Source: Trichoplax adhaerens (lineage: Eukaryota > Animalia > Placozoa). From it: DNA of 64,000 nt. This document shows positions 41,701 to 56,150 of the stretch, one piece after another. The translations under genes and the position numbers were made by a program. Location: contig NW_002060981.1 in assembly GCF_000150275.1 (NCBI RefSeq), positions 186,001 to 250,000 on the forward strand. Reading direction: 5' to 3'. Each line of letters opens with the position of its first letter. Positions within the stretch are counted from its first letter, which is position 1. Under the pieces are notes generated by a model. It did not search any database and was not told the origin of the DNA. It saw only the letters and a program-made list of their open reading frames with translations.

Positions 41701-44700
41701 TGAGTTAGTTTATTGCTAACGCAATAGATATAAAATTATTAGACTAGATCTTAATTAGTACCGTACTAGTGGAGTTTCTTTATGTATTTATTTGGTCAAT
41801 TGTTAGAGGCGAGTGATTCGATAACTAAACCAGTTTTAAGTACTGAAATTCACTCAAGATGCGATTACACAGCTATTACAGTAGATCGAGACTTTCCTGC
41901 GAGACTAGAAGTCTTAATTTAATCTAATATTGGAATACCGTTGATTGGCGTTAAAATTTTCAAGAACGTAAAGTTAAGACATTACATTCTAAAATACTGC
42001 ACAGAAGTTAGGAGTATTTCTAGTAAGTGACAACTATTACACTGTTTTGCGAGGATATATTTTAATTCATATACAGCAAGAAACTTATCGATTTACGTGA
42101 TAGAAATAATGCCTATAATGGGGTATAGATTAAGGTGACACTTTTGATACATTATTGAGCGCGGAAATACTGGAAAGTAAGCTGTTATTAATCAATTCAA
42201 AAGTGAAGTTGAAATTATTATTCGATAAATCGATAAGTGCAATATGCTTCATAAGAAGTTACTACTACTAATTATGTCTTTTCCTAAAAAAGTCATTAGG
42301 AATCTTATTTCAGTTATTAGAGATTCTAAGTGTTTATTTTACATGACTATATCTTCCTACTTACTCTAAATGAAAATTGATATCTCCAGAACAGAGAACT
42401 TAAGCAAATTTTGCAGTATTTTTATGCCTTAACTACATTAATAATAACGCTAAGCTGAGGCTGCTACAATAACTTAGTGTGTAATTAAAGAACGTTGCTA
42501 TAGATTAGACATATATATAGCATGACTTATATTCATATCTAGGCCTTTGAACCATTTATAAGGCCGTAGATACTAAAGATAATTATTCCGTTCAACAATA
42601 GAAAATCATTGTTTAGATTCACAGCAGGTAACCGATTTACACTTTAATTTTTGCTTTTAACGAACAAAGCTCCTGCTTACTAACGCTACTATCTATTCAT
42701 CCTTTTACTTCTTCCAAAAAATAAATTATTGTTATAGATATAGAAATACTTTGCCGTTGTTAGGACGAGATTGATTGAAAGCTACTCAGCAGGATAGATA
42801 TAATTCGTCATTTATCCGTTGGGTTTTGTCTTTCTGCGTCTTACGTATGAATGAGATCAATAAGCCCATAATGTAGTAATTGTGTTGACGCTAAGACTAT
42901 TTTTTTCTGTCTGACTATTATTCTTTCTCCTTATACATCCGTCAATCACATTTTAGACAATCGATATAGTGATTTGAGTCCAAACTGTCTTAGATTAAAA
43001 ACGAAATCTCCATAAGTCTTTGTCATAACTCTGGCTAATAACAATACTAACTAAGTAAACAATACCATCATTTTTTCACTTTTACAACATGTCTACTTTG
43101 ATCTTTACTTCGCTTAAGTATGTGGTAATTTTCTTGAAATTCATTTTTTGTTTAGTTTCATCATTATATTTGCAGCTGATAGATTTACACTTAAAAATAT
43201 AAAGTGTAATATTTGCTTTATTAACGCAGGAAAAACCTCCAAGACAAGGCATCTGAAAATCAGCCTGTAAGGTTCTTTCGAAAACCACGTCAATTACCAA
43301 TCAACTTTTTTTCTAAAGTAGGTTCAAGTTTCTAATATAAAGGATAAACAATTCCACTCCTTGTTGTATATAGTATCCAGCGCAGCGCACGTAGTTTTTA
43401 TGGGCATACTGGGATGTAAACATTTGTTCCATTTTGGTTTCTAAGTGACCACTGCTTGCACCCTACGGTGGTGTCTGGCGACGTTGTCCTCATTTCCAAT
43501 ATTAAACGCTATAATTTTTCACGATAATTATAGTTTCCTACTAAAAACTCCGCGAAAAACCATTTTATAGCCGTAAATTTATCGTAGCGGAAAAAATTTA
43601 TTTTACTTAAACGTTGTATCTTTACTCATCACCGTTTGTTTCTCGTCTTTTGAAGAATTCTTATGTAAGTTAATTACATAATTGAAAATCTGTCTAGTAT
43701 AGAGAAGTTATTTTAAAAATTAGCTCAAAATTGTTCTAGAGATATTAGAATAATGATATGAAGCTTAAAATTGCAAGCAACGAATTATTTTAATTTCTTA
43801 TATGGAAGCGATATAACATCTACCGATAAGAGTACATTGATTCAGTGTTTATCGTATTGATTTTCCCGTAATATAATTGGTAAAATTTCTTTCGTTAAAA
43901 CTAACAAATTAGATCATATTATTTATTATTGGTTTACTTTGAAAACGGGCTTTGAAGCGAAAAAGTTTTCTTACCAATAGTGTAAATGTTGACATATTTC
44001 AGGAGTAACACAATTTCAATAGCTACAGTATTTCATATTCAACCATCTCTATTCATATATATATATCAATACTACTGCCAGGTTCTAGTAAATTCTTGAT
44101 TAAAAAGTAAATATTTAATGGCAAATAGAAGGTACTGCAGAAATGGATAAATAATTTATATCAGCTCCTGCCATTTCTTTCAGACAAGACACTATTTGGC
44201 ATTATCAAATTTTAGAGATTAACAGCCATATAGCGACGATTATAACTAATCTTTTAAGCAGGCGTGCGTTCTTCTTTCCTACTGTGTAATTTTATACTGA
44301 AAGATAGGGCAAGGCTATGGATTCGAAACTGCAGTGATTTTAAATCTTCACTGCTTCTTGAGAAATTCTTTCACCAGTAAATACAGTACTTTAATATAAC
44401 ATTCCTTGGTCCTTTAAATGAGATTTATTTTAAAAAAATGTAAGCCTTCGCTAGCTGAGCATAAACTTTTAACTAGAAGCCGTCTCTCTTCCCAATATAG
44501 TAGCAAATTCCATCATTTACTTTTATATTGTACATAATTACTGGTAGGTCTTCTTGACTATTAATAAAACGATGACATGAATTTTAAAAATACGTCTGAA
44601 GTGCTGGCACTGTACATTATTACGCTGTATGCATTTACATCACATTACATCTACTTTAGCTCTACCCGTAAACTGTGTCCATTATTGGAGATTTTTTAGC

Positions 44701-45346
44701 GTAAAAAATTTGTCCTTTTGAACATGATATCAGGTAAATAGTTTGAGCTTTAATCGTCGACTTAAAACAATGAACTTGTAAATACTGCCAATAAGAGGGT
44801 TAAAATTTATCTAATTTCTCCCTCTCCATGAAGTGTTAATATTAGCCTAAGTGCTATTAATTTTTCTAATTAGTGAGCCTTTAGCTTCTATTACATCCTT
44901 CAACCTTCACTAAGAACATCAAATTAACTGTTAATTATAACTATTAATAAGCAGAAAATCTTACTTTTGCTGCCAATTTTTGAAATATAAATGATAGCGC
45001 ACACTGACTTTACAATACCAATCGTAAAATGAACTACTTATTCAATTTAGAGCAAAAGATTGACTTTTTACCTTCAATTAATAAAAAATTCTAAACATGA
45101 ATACTATTTAAACAATATTTTCTTCACCATATAGCTGAGTAAACGAGCAAGCATAGACAGCGAACAGAAGGAACGGAAAGGCTTACCAACAGTATCAATA
45201 GCCGATAAACTAATCGTCAAAAGCATAAGTCAAGAGATTAACAATAAGTGTGCAAGAAAAGTTTCGAGAACACTATTAATGATTTTGGTCTAGCTATGTT
45301 TTATTTGTTCTAACAATGATTTTTCTTATTAAGTCAAGCTAACGAT

Positions 45347-48300
45347 ATGACGAAAGGAAATCGAAAAGACGAAAAGGTATGAATGCAGTCTGTATTCTGT
45401 ATTTTCATTGTTTAACCTTCTCCGAAATTTACTGATAATTTGCTCGTAACACTCCTACAATAATTAAAATTACATGATACAACAGAATCATATATGGATT
45501 CTAGTTTTATTTAAAGTTGATTCTGTAGTTTTTAGTAATCAGAGAAATAGACTTAAGTTAAAACCTTTTTGAATAAAATGTTAACTTACAATATTTAATT
45601 AATAAGTAATAAAAGAAAATTAGCAAATAGAGTAATATTTGTAATGGCTACACATAGTTCTGCCGTAAATTTTAACTAAAAGCATGTAATTGTGATTAAC
45701 TCGATTAATAGCATAAATCACGGTTCCAGTGGACAATTGTTAGATCCAAATTTCTATCGTAAAGTAAATGCTATGTTACAATAGCATGATTATGCACTAG
45801 ATAACTCTCCCTGTATTATTTCAATTAGCATAGAAATGGTGTTACCTCTGCTAATTAATTATCAACTCTGATTGTTTTTATATAACAATTATACAGGAGA
45901 AGATTGGATTACCTGTGATAAGGGATAGTAAGGTAAGTCTAAAGATTTAAATATGATAGTAGTAACTCAACGATTAAAATCGATAACATCCAACAGTCTT
46001 CAAATTACTTATCACTTTTTTGAACGTTATTAGCTAACGGCAAGCAGCGAAGGCTTAAACTCTAATGATTCACACGCCGCTAGGTAATGTCTTGACAAAT
46101 TTTGGGTAATTGCACGTTAATACAGACTATCTAAGGATTTATAGCGATATTAGCACAAATTGTGCTCCTGCTTCGTTTCGCTTCACTTATATTTTCTATA
46201 ATATTAAAATTCTGATCTATTTTTATTCTATGTTAGCAATACTGGCAAACCCGGTAGTGGTAGAGTTCCCAGTCTACCGATAGATCAGAACGAAGACAGA
46301 GAAGCATTAACACCAGATTGTGAGTTTTTAAGTGAATCATGGTTTCTGTTTATGATAATTTTACGTTGTAGAGTTTTAAACATGAAGTAAAGAGCATGCC
46401 ATTTTATTCATTTAATAGCAATTGTTTTTATTAAAAATCTTTAATATTTCTCATCATGAAGTAACTGATGCTTGTTAATAAATGTTGTCTAATTAATTTT
46501 TGTTTAAAGATTGTCTGAAAAATTTTGGTGACAAATTAACGCGTTTAGAAGAAACAGAAATCATGGACTACCCTAAAATTTGGTTTTTAGGTCCAGAAGC
46601 CCGCAAAGTTCAGGGAGTGGAAGGGGGGCCCAATAATAATGGTACTGTTTAGTTATGATTAATGAGCTTGGTAATATATTAGAAGCCGGCTTAAAGCAAT
46701 TTATTATTATTAAATAATTTCACTTGGGGTAACACAAAAAATTTACTGGTTATATATATTTAGGATATGATGATAATGACGGAAACTATTTGAGAGTATT
46801 ACATGATCATTTAGCATATCGATATGAGATTATAGAACTACTGGGTAAAGGATCATTCGGCCAAGTCGTTAAAGTACTGGATCATAAAACGAATACAATT
46901 GTAGCCATAAAGATTATTGTCAATAAAAGAAAGTAAGTTGGAGAAAAGTCTGAATGAAATGAATTGTATCAAACTATTATTATATTAGCCAGTTCCTTAT
47001 TGTGCTGTAATAACACATTGGATTCCATTGATAATATTCATTGTATTGAGCTTGGTTGCGAAATTTGTTGCAGTACCTGATGTTATACTACGGACAATGA
47101 TATATTTTAAAATTTACTTTCCAATCCATAGTAATATTGTGCTCCTATTCAGAGTTATTTCTTGTTTATAATTAGTTAAGAAGATAAATACTGAACAACT
47201 AGTGATGCAACAAGTGCTGGCAATAATTTAGCCCTAAATTATGTTAAGAAGTATCTAACCTGACTTAGACCGACAAAACATCCTTAACCTATCGTTATTT
47301 TTTGAATGATACGGCACAAAATAGTAAGGAATAATGTAGTGCTATGCAGTCTGCTAATTTTTTATTTATTAATAGGGCTATTAACTTTGTAGATAAGGCT
47401 TAGAATAAGAATCTTAAGTTGTCACAAGATTACAAACAGAATGCATGCCATTACCATCTTTACTTCAAAGTTTAATCTAATAGGTTAATTTCCTTCTAAT
47501 TGTACTCAGTAGAGCTGAAGAAACATGTGGAATCGTAAAATATCTATTAAATAAATATCATTAGTTACGTTACAGTAGGTATCTAAATAATTATATGGGT
47601 ACTTAGTGACAATCCTTCCAATATCTAATAATGATGCTTTAAACTTAAGTTGCCTTTAATATTTAAGTTACTATGTACATATTCTATAGCTGGACTGTAT
47701 AAAATGATCAGATCTGAGCATTTATTAATATTTTAAAATCTTACAGGTTTCATAGGCAAGCATTGGTTGAACTAAAAATACTAGATATTCTTCGCAAAAG
47801 TGTAAGCTCATATTGTAAACGGTTAGATAGGACGAGCTTGTTATTGCGGTACTAATATAGAATGGTGCCGGCTTTATTGGATGAGAAAGCATTCTTCCGA
47901 CATACTTTCTTTATTCCCGATCATTACAGGATAGAGAAGGAAATTGTAATGTAATACACATGAAAGAATACTTTTTCTTCAGGTAACGTAAAAATTATAT
48001 AAGAAATCCGATTTTAGGTTGTAATAATGGGATATTAGAAATTTAGTATTTCAAATATAGATTCATTTAACAATGCTGTTAGTAAAATACTACCGTCCCA
48101 TATCAAATCATCATCACCTTAGCTACCATAGATTAAAACTCAAATTTATCGCTAATCTAACAGTTTAGATTGTCAATAATAGTATCGAAGACAGTAACAG
48201 TTTTATGCACTTATTAAATTTTAGTTTAATCTCTTTCTTTTAGGAAGCATGTCTGTATCACATTTGAACTGCTAGGGTAAAGATATTCATACCGCTCATC

Positions 48301-51133
48301 TTAATTTTGCTAGATTAATTATATTGCAGAAAAGTATCAGCCTAACATTAAATAACCTTTCTTGTGTCGCAGGATGAATCTATACGAAATGATTCAGAAA
48401 AATAATTTCAGAGGCTTTAGCATGGAAGTGGTTAGACGGTGCGTAGGGCATTACTTATTGTTAAGAATTACAGTTGTTAACATCTAAAGTATTGAAATTT
48501 TCGAACCATTTTATATATTTATCGATTAGATAAGAAATATTAAATTAAAATTTAAATTGATATAGAATTTATAAGATTATTTTTTGGGTTCAATAGACTT
48601 GCAATATCTATCTTAAATTGCATGCGGTTACTGCAGAGAGAACGAATCATTCACTGCGATTTAAAGCCAGTAAGTTTCGGAAGTGGATATATTGTTATCA
48701 ATTAAAGATCTTTGAATTCTTGTAACTGAATTGCCATATTTTAATTATTATAAAATATTAGGAAAATATTCTATTATCGAAACGGAGTAAAGTGGACATT
48801 AAAGTTATCGATTTTGGATCCAGCTGCTTCGAAGATAAAATCGGTAATAGCATAAAATACGAATTGTATTATCATGGCATGTACCAGCTTTATAATTATG
48901 ACTTGTGGCCAAAAGTTTGGGGGTGGTTCAAAATTTTATTTAAAATTAGAAAGACTAAATGGTGTTTAATTTTTATTCTGATGAAATTACGATAGCAGCT
49001 CTTTAATGAAATTAGTATTATAGAATTAGGTAAGATTGAGTGGAATGAGAGGCAGTCGTCTTGTTAAAGTAGCGGTTATTCTATGTTTACAGGCAAAATT
49101 TGTTCTTCTTAATGTAAGGACTTTGCTTAGTTAATGTTTCGAATAGAATTTTGGTCATTCAGCTATTTTTTCGCGGTTGTGTAAAGATTAAGGGCGAAAT
49201 ATTATATAGTCTGGCCCAAAGAAGTCTCTAACTGTATTAATGTTGGTATATTGCGAGAGGATCCGACTACTAGTTATTTTCTTCATTGTAATATTGGAGT
49301 TTGAAGCAATCTCAAATCAATGCTCTAAGATTTTTGTTTATTTTGAATTTATTGCTTGTTTATAGTCTACAAATACATCCAAAGTCGCTACTACCGTGCA
49401 CCGGAAGTGATCTTAGGTAAGCTAGGTTGTCTTATTAACGTACAATACATTTGCAAATGCTGATATATTTGGCTGTACGAAGTGAATATTCTATATTTGC
49501 TTGTACAGGCTGATAAAATTAATTTTCCTTAATGATTTGCTGTTAACATAAACTAGGGATCCGATATAATTTAGCCATTGATATGTGGAGTTTGGGCTGT
49601 ATACTTGCGGAGTTATATTCAGGTTAAAGTAAAGCTTTAATTAATCTTATTTAGGTTACTTTAAATTTTTACGTTTGATCAGATATAAATAAGTTGCATT
49701 GTTGTACTTATTTCAATGCTGATAAATGCAGGAATTACATAATTAGGAACTTTACTACATAGTAACTATCTACTCTAATGCTATGTTATAGTTTGTAAAC
49801 TAAGCTGAAATCAGGAGATTGTCTTACTGGACTCATAATTAATATATAGTAATTCTATATTCTTTAATTAACTTATCGGAAATGAAAAATGTTACTTATG
49901 ATACCGTTAATTTTATATTAGGTGTCCCAATGTTCCCTGGTGAAAACGAAGCAGAACAACTCGCATTAATGATGGAGGTAGCCAAAATTATGAATTTAAG
50001 AATCTTATGTTTAAATTATTTTCCTAAATTTCGTTTAGGGTATTAGATAGTTTGTATCGCTTAGAAATTATTTGATCAGGTCTAAAACGTATCATATAAA
50101 CCTAAAATTATAATCCGCGATGAATAAGGGACCTGACAAATTTTAAAGTAATCGGTTTGTAATAATAACTACTAGATGCTTGGCATACCTCCTCGTGAGA
50201 TCCTAATCAATCGTGATCGGAAAGCATGCTTTTTTGGTTAGTATTAAAAATAATTGATAGGAATTACTTCACTTTACAAATCATTTATGACAGTGAACAT
50301 ACAAAAATTGAAAATATTGCTCTTGATTCTAGACTCAAAAGGTAATCCCAAGAATATTGTTAATTCAAGAGGAAAGACTCATTGGCCAAATAGTAAGAGA
50401 CTATGTAACGTGTTAAAATGCCACGATGAACTGTTCTTAAACTTTTTGGAGAAATGTTTCGTGTAAGTGAATTGGTATACTTTCGTATATCATATGAAAG
50501 CTAGCAATAATAATGTCAATCAAGGAAGGATTTTAACATTACGAATTTTTGTAGCTTTCTAGAGTATTTCATAGCTAATCATTGAACTAAACTTAGTATA
50601 TTTATTTATTGTAGCATAAGATATTTTAACTCAAGTTTTCAAATAATTAGAGGTTTACACACATATGCTTGGCTTACTCAATCTCTTATAGTATGCTATT
50701 AATAATAAAATTTTAGCTGGAATCCGCTGTATCGCATGAAACCCGATGAAGCTTGGGAACATCCGTGGATTCAAGCGGTATGGCATTAGTTGTAATTATT
50801 AATACCTGACCCACATTTGAAGTTCACTACATAAGTAGACGTATTTGAAATTAAATATTTATCGAATACCTAAATTAGGGCATGAAATCATCTAAAAGCA
50901 ATAGTAAGTCGCTGATATCTAGCAAATTTAGTACACGTGGCTTAATGGGCAGTAAGAAGCATCGCTCTCATCATGGTAGTCTTAAGAAGAAAACAAATGA
51001 TGTTCATTATACGCACGATAAAGCATCCCAAGAGAATTTACGATACGTATATGAAGATTCGAAGAATAAATCTGCACATGATGGCTATAATAAGCCCAAT
51101 GAGGTTGATGTTACATTGCCGCCTATTCAATAG
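45347..51133 (+). CDS. DYRK4: Class 2 dual-specificity tyrosine-regulated kinase, DYRK4-like (at least 19 coding exons; N-terminus may extend further upstream)
   Basis: Exons 45347-45376, 45897-45932, 46034-46083, 46237-46319, 46510-46641 (NAPA region [19 protein letters not shown]), 46764-46932 (DH box [20 protein letters not shown]), 47747-47801, 47930-47982, 48244-48276, 48373-48438, 48597-48669 (HCDLKP), 48762-48843 (DFGSSC), 49366-49416 ([13 protein letters not shown]), 49557-49622 (DMWSLGC), 49922-49977, 50176-50236, 50333-50462, 50717-50777, 50879-51133. Assignment to DYRK4 rather than DYRK2/3 rests on motifs and the intron-rich kinase domain. Confidence 0.85.
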
Positions 51134-52909
51134 AATGAAAACTTGCAAACCCTTTAAATTCTGGAAATGTCTGTAATATCTGGAATTAACTTAAACACAA
51201 AAACTGTGTATTAATGATATACTCTGTAGGATGTCTTGAGAGTCAGAATTTCCAATTCGCTATGGTATCAAGTCCTCTTCCAGTTTGAGATATCACACAA
51301 ACAATAATTCTAATTATCTATCATGAATTTTATGACCTTGTAATCTATCTAGACCGTATATTTCACTCCACTAAATCATGCTTATTTATATTTCTTTAGT
51401 AAAATTTACCACTAGAATTTGTTCAATTACTGTAGCGTTTATTACTTTTGTGTAGAAGTAGAATTCGAGTGAATGGCTTCCTCTCAAAAAGTATATTTTC
51501 CCCCTAGTTTAGTAGATTCTGTTATATTTATGATAGCTTTAAATTATGTCTGAAACTTTATATCATGTAAATTGAATATTTTAAGACGATAATCAGTATT
51601 TTTAATGATTGATTCGAGCTCTAGCAATTCATATACTTATAGAACCATGCATATTGTAGCGCTTAATGTAACACAAGAAGTCATAAATGAAATTCTATTT
51701 AAAAATTTCACTATTGTGCATATTTATGTATACCAACGTTAGTGACGAATGTAAGTCATAACTTCATATGATATGTGTAGACTGTATCTTGCCAGATTTA
51801 CAATTCCGGCATAAACGTATTCAGGAAATATCATTGGTTGTATTTGCTCATATTAACAGATTTTACATTGAATAAAATACATACAAAACGAGTGGTATAT
51901 AAATTTATTGTGTATTGATAACTACTATGAATGTTTCGGGCGTTGCTGAACACTTACAAATATTATGCAATATATAAATATTACAATATTATGCAAAAGT
52001 TAACACATTTACCAATGAAAATATTTAGCATTCAGCAGCAGTGATTAATTAGTGAATGACTTTTGATACCTTGTTAGCTTTAGTTACTTTGCGTAAAAAA
52101 TTTAATTTATTGACTATAGTTTAATTGATAGTACTGTTACTTTTTTTCAACTCTTTCATCATACCGATAGATCTCATTTCCAAAGATATCTTTGTTTACT
52201 TTTTAAGATACATGCTACATCAGAATTACATCAATCTCAACGCATGAAAAACAGCATGAAGCATACCCGTTAGCAAGAGCAAGAGTAACTTTGATGGATT
52301 CTTCCTTACTAGTTACGTATAGGTACTAAGTAAGACGGGACTAGAAGAACAGTGCAAATACTACCGTTAAAGTATCAAACTTTTATAAAGTCAAAGGATA
52401 AAGCATAAGAGGAATAGTTATTACTATACCTTTATGGATAGGTAAAGTAGCGTATATTCTAAAACATATAGCAATTGCGCCGAAATATAAAATAAAATAG
52501 TCCTTTAATAACTCCTAAGTTCTCAAATTCAAAGTAACGTAATTACTCACTTAAGGTGCATTAGCGGATTAGCACGCAGTAAATTACTGCTTTCTAAAAA
52601 TTGACATGTACGAAGCGACAACCAGGACAAAAATCTAAGTCGATTTTTATAGGCATTCAGTACAATGAAATCTTGCTAATTTTGCAGTTACTAGTCGTAA
52701 AAGTTTACATGTTTACAATCACAGCCAGTGAGTGTATATACGGTATATATGAGATATCAAGGCGGATTTTTCCCTTTATTTTAAACCCTTATACGTAGAT
52801 ATTATATATACAAATGTGCTACTACAACAATTCACAAAGAAATAATTAGTAGATAATTAACTATCCTGGGTATTTAATCTACTATCGGTGACATTTCATT
52901 CTAAATTTG

Positions 52910-54352
52910 TTACAGCTGCAACTTTTTCCTGTAGACATATCCTAAAGCCAGAATCGAAGAAATGCATAATGCCATTCCCGTTATGCTTCCAAAGATGCCA
53001 CTAGCTTCATTATTTTTCACCTTCCTTTCCAATAGTCTCATTCTTTCTTCTTGATCTCTTAATCGTAAGTACAAGTTAATAAGTTTATCATCGTTTCTCA
53101 GTTGCATAAATTCTTGATAACTAATCTGGTCATCTGATTCGTTATCCTCCATTTCTGAAGTTTCTGCAGCAGTCACTTCTTCTGGAGCCTGGGATTCTTC
53201 TATCACACTGTTAGTGGAGATTCTAATTCAGATATAAAAATTTATCATTTTCGTCAATAACACATTAAATGGTACAAATTGATTTACAGTTGATTTGAGT
53301 GTAATTTTTATGAACTACACGTACATCATCATACTAGAATAAAGGTACATTTAAATCTAAGCAATCTATTGCACAACACATCGAGGGTTATTTTTTATCC
53401 TAAACTGTACAATACCATATGGATAAGACGATTACTGCAATGAAATGTAAGAAATTCTTCGATATCAGGAAAGTAAATTATCAGTAACACATAATGTTGA
53501 CTTTAAAACTAGAAGTTTGATTCTTCCGATACAACATTTACTAAACAGTATTTACTATTTGTGATAAGCTGGAGGCGTGAGGAGCATTTGCTATCGAATT
53601 TTATAAATTGTATCGTATGTTAATATGTAAAAACTGACTGATTTTTGTAATCCTACTGAATTTAACCATGGTGCTTAATTGATAGATTTCCACTTGTTGA
53701 TAATAAGACGAGTCTAGAGCCGATAGGCTTACTGTACTTATTTTATCACACACCCATCCTAATATCGTATTATTATAATAACAGTTTTTAATCCTACGTT
53801 GTACTAGTTATAACATTAATATTATTTTCAGAAAAGCGTTGCAATGATAGCTTATATAAGATCGGTTTTTGGGGGGCGGGGCGGAGGGGAAATTGTCCTT
53901 TGAGAGACTTCTGTTAATGATCAAATGCCATCTATCAAGGTTGCATCCATCTAAAGTACATCATGGCGCAATTTATAGTATACTTACTTATCATCTGGCA
54001 CATTTTGATTATTACTGGGCATACTGGCACTTTCAGACTTATACCACATCGGCTTCTTCTGATATGTTCTACTTTCATTGATAGTTAATTTACTTGGTAC
54101 AGTTTCATAGTTATCACTGCTGATATCATTTATTCGATGGGTAACTTCAAATTCACTTATGTCACCATGAAGGTATTTTTGAGTAAAATCGTTATCTTCC
54201 TTACGTTTACCAGAATACGAAATCGACTCCGGCATCGTCATCATTGGGTAAAAACTATTACTGCTTTCTTCACTTAGATCGCCGGTACCATTGCTTGAAT
54301 TATTATCAAAGGCCAACTGGTCTGGCAAGTTCATCTCGTTACTGTCCATCAT
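52910..54352 (-). CDS. Mitochondrial fission factor-like tail-anchored protein (~225 aa, 2 coding exons)
   Basis: Exons 53988-54352 and 52910-53222 (phase 2). MTMPESISY resembles the MFF MxVPExI/L repeat, and VPSKLTINE resembles the MFF PPRVLTLSE motif. C-terminal coiled coil LYLRLRDQEERMRLLERKVK, then one TM and a basic tail (YVYRKKLQL). Confidence 0.65.
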
Positions 54353-54418
54353 TTCACTGCCAATAAAATTCCCAAGCGAGATGATCGCGCAATCCTTATG
54401 GCAGCAGTTGTAGCTTGT

Positions 54419-55152
54419 TGTACTGTACTGTACAGTACTACAACGGTAGAATTTGCTCTCTACTCGGTAGCAATTCTTGTTCACAACTGTACAGATTCTG
54501 CTCAGTTCCCTTTTGGGCCACTGTAGGTCTTACAGTACTGTACAGTACAGTACAGCTACAGTATACAGTACACTACAGTACAGTACTGTACAGTACCCTA
54601 CAGTGACACAGTGTACTGTACAGTACAGTATAGTACAGTACAGTATACTGTACGGATACGGTAGTGTTGCCTTAATTGTAAAGACTATAATCTTGGGTGC
54701 CAAGAATCCTTCAGTAATAAATGATAGTAAATCTCTGACTATCTCGTCTACATCATCTGTGACGCTATAATTATACCATAGTATTCGGTCGTTGGAACTG
54801 AATTATTTGGTGATATAGCTAATCTCGCCTCTTTTAAGTTACTAAGTGGCGTTCTCCGCAAGGATTGGCGTGTGTAGACTACTTTGTCACTAGTGGTGTG
54901 TGACATGTATAATTCTATTTCTTTCAAGTTTCTCGTACAAACTATCAGTTGCTGTTACATGGACGGTCGCTCCAACCATTTTATAAGTCACGTCGTAATA
55001 CCAATCTTAAAGTACTGTACTGTGTACAGTACTGTAATGTAGAATGCACTGTACTGTAGATCCAAGTCTGAAAGTGACTCAAAAGTGGACAGTACTGTAC
55101 AGTACTGTAAGATAGAACTGTACAAACTACAGTACTGTATAGTAGTACAGTA
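54419..55152. repeat. TACAG/CTGTA arrays (54419-54652 and 55011-55152) upstream of the MFF-like gene
   Basis: Dense TACAG/TACTG units with repeated ACAGTACTGT palindromes, starting about 70 bp upstream of the minus-strand ATG at 54352. Confidence 0.85.
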
Positions 55153-56150
55153 CAAGCAATATGGCAGCATGTAAAAATGTCTCAGATTCCTTGCTGAAAT
55201 ATTGCCATAGAGGGTTCAACTCTAGACTGTGAGAAATTGAGTAGTTCATGATTCGACAATTCGGAAATAGATTCGATACTTTTGATTGCAAGTTGCAATA
55301 CTGCAGCACTCTAACAGAATATCTCTGGTGATAGTCTTCCTCTACATTATTCGGGATATTTTAGCAAGAAATCCGTGATCATATGCTTTATACGAAACTG
55401 AATCAGTCAAGCACTGTAATTGTACGATCATACAGTATTGTATGTAGAACTATGACGAATAATTAATCTATAATGTGCACTTTGTCTATTTATACTGTAT
55501 GTATATATAAATAAAATTGACTAAACATTTCTTCTTTTAAATATTAAACTATTCGGAGTCATAGTACATTTAGCAAAATTGGCTTGATATTTATTATCAA
55601 ATAATTTAGTAGTAGCGATTACACATCGATAAAAGGTTAACTAACTAGAGAGTATAATTTTTATTACATCACACATTAATACATTATATGCAGCTTAATG
55701 CTGATGTGTGAGAGAGCATTCAGTCTTACAGTTTCAGCAACATGAGAATAATATCTTGAGTAAAATCCTACCTGCGATGCAGTAATTCAATATGAGTTGA
55801 TGATATTTGCGAGTTGAAGAGGTAGAATAAAGACATTTATATAGACTGTGTTTATTAAGCTAAAAATAGTGCAAAGAGAATATTTGTAATCTGCTTATGA
55901 AAAGCAATTGCTGTAATATCTCGATAGCGACCTGAAAATTATTTTAAAAAACATTTTTAAAGATATTTAAGCAATTGCCGATTTTTATACCATGTTTTTA
56001 TTTACTAAACTATTAAAACATCGATCGTTTTACAAGATTTAGTGATCATTGAGTAGGCAAGAATAGAAATGGTCCATTCGTACGGACTATTTAAGTTCGG
56101 AAAATGATACAATTCGGCACTTAAATACCGTTAAAAATCTGGATTCAAAA

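Noticed and set aside
54419-54652. CRISPR-like array
   Set aside because: No constant repeat with unique spacers; it is a eukaryotic low-complexity array.
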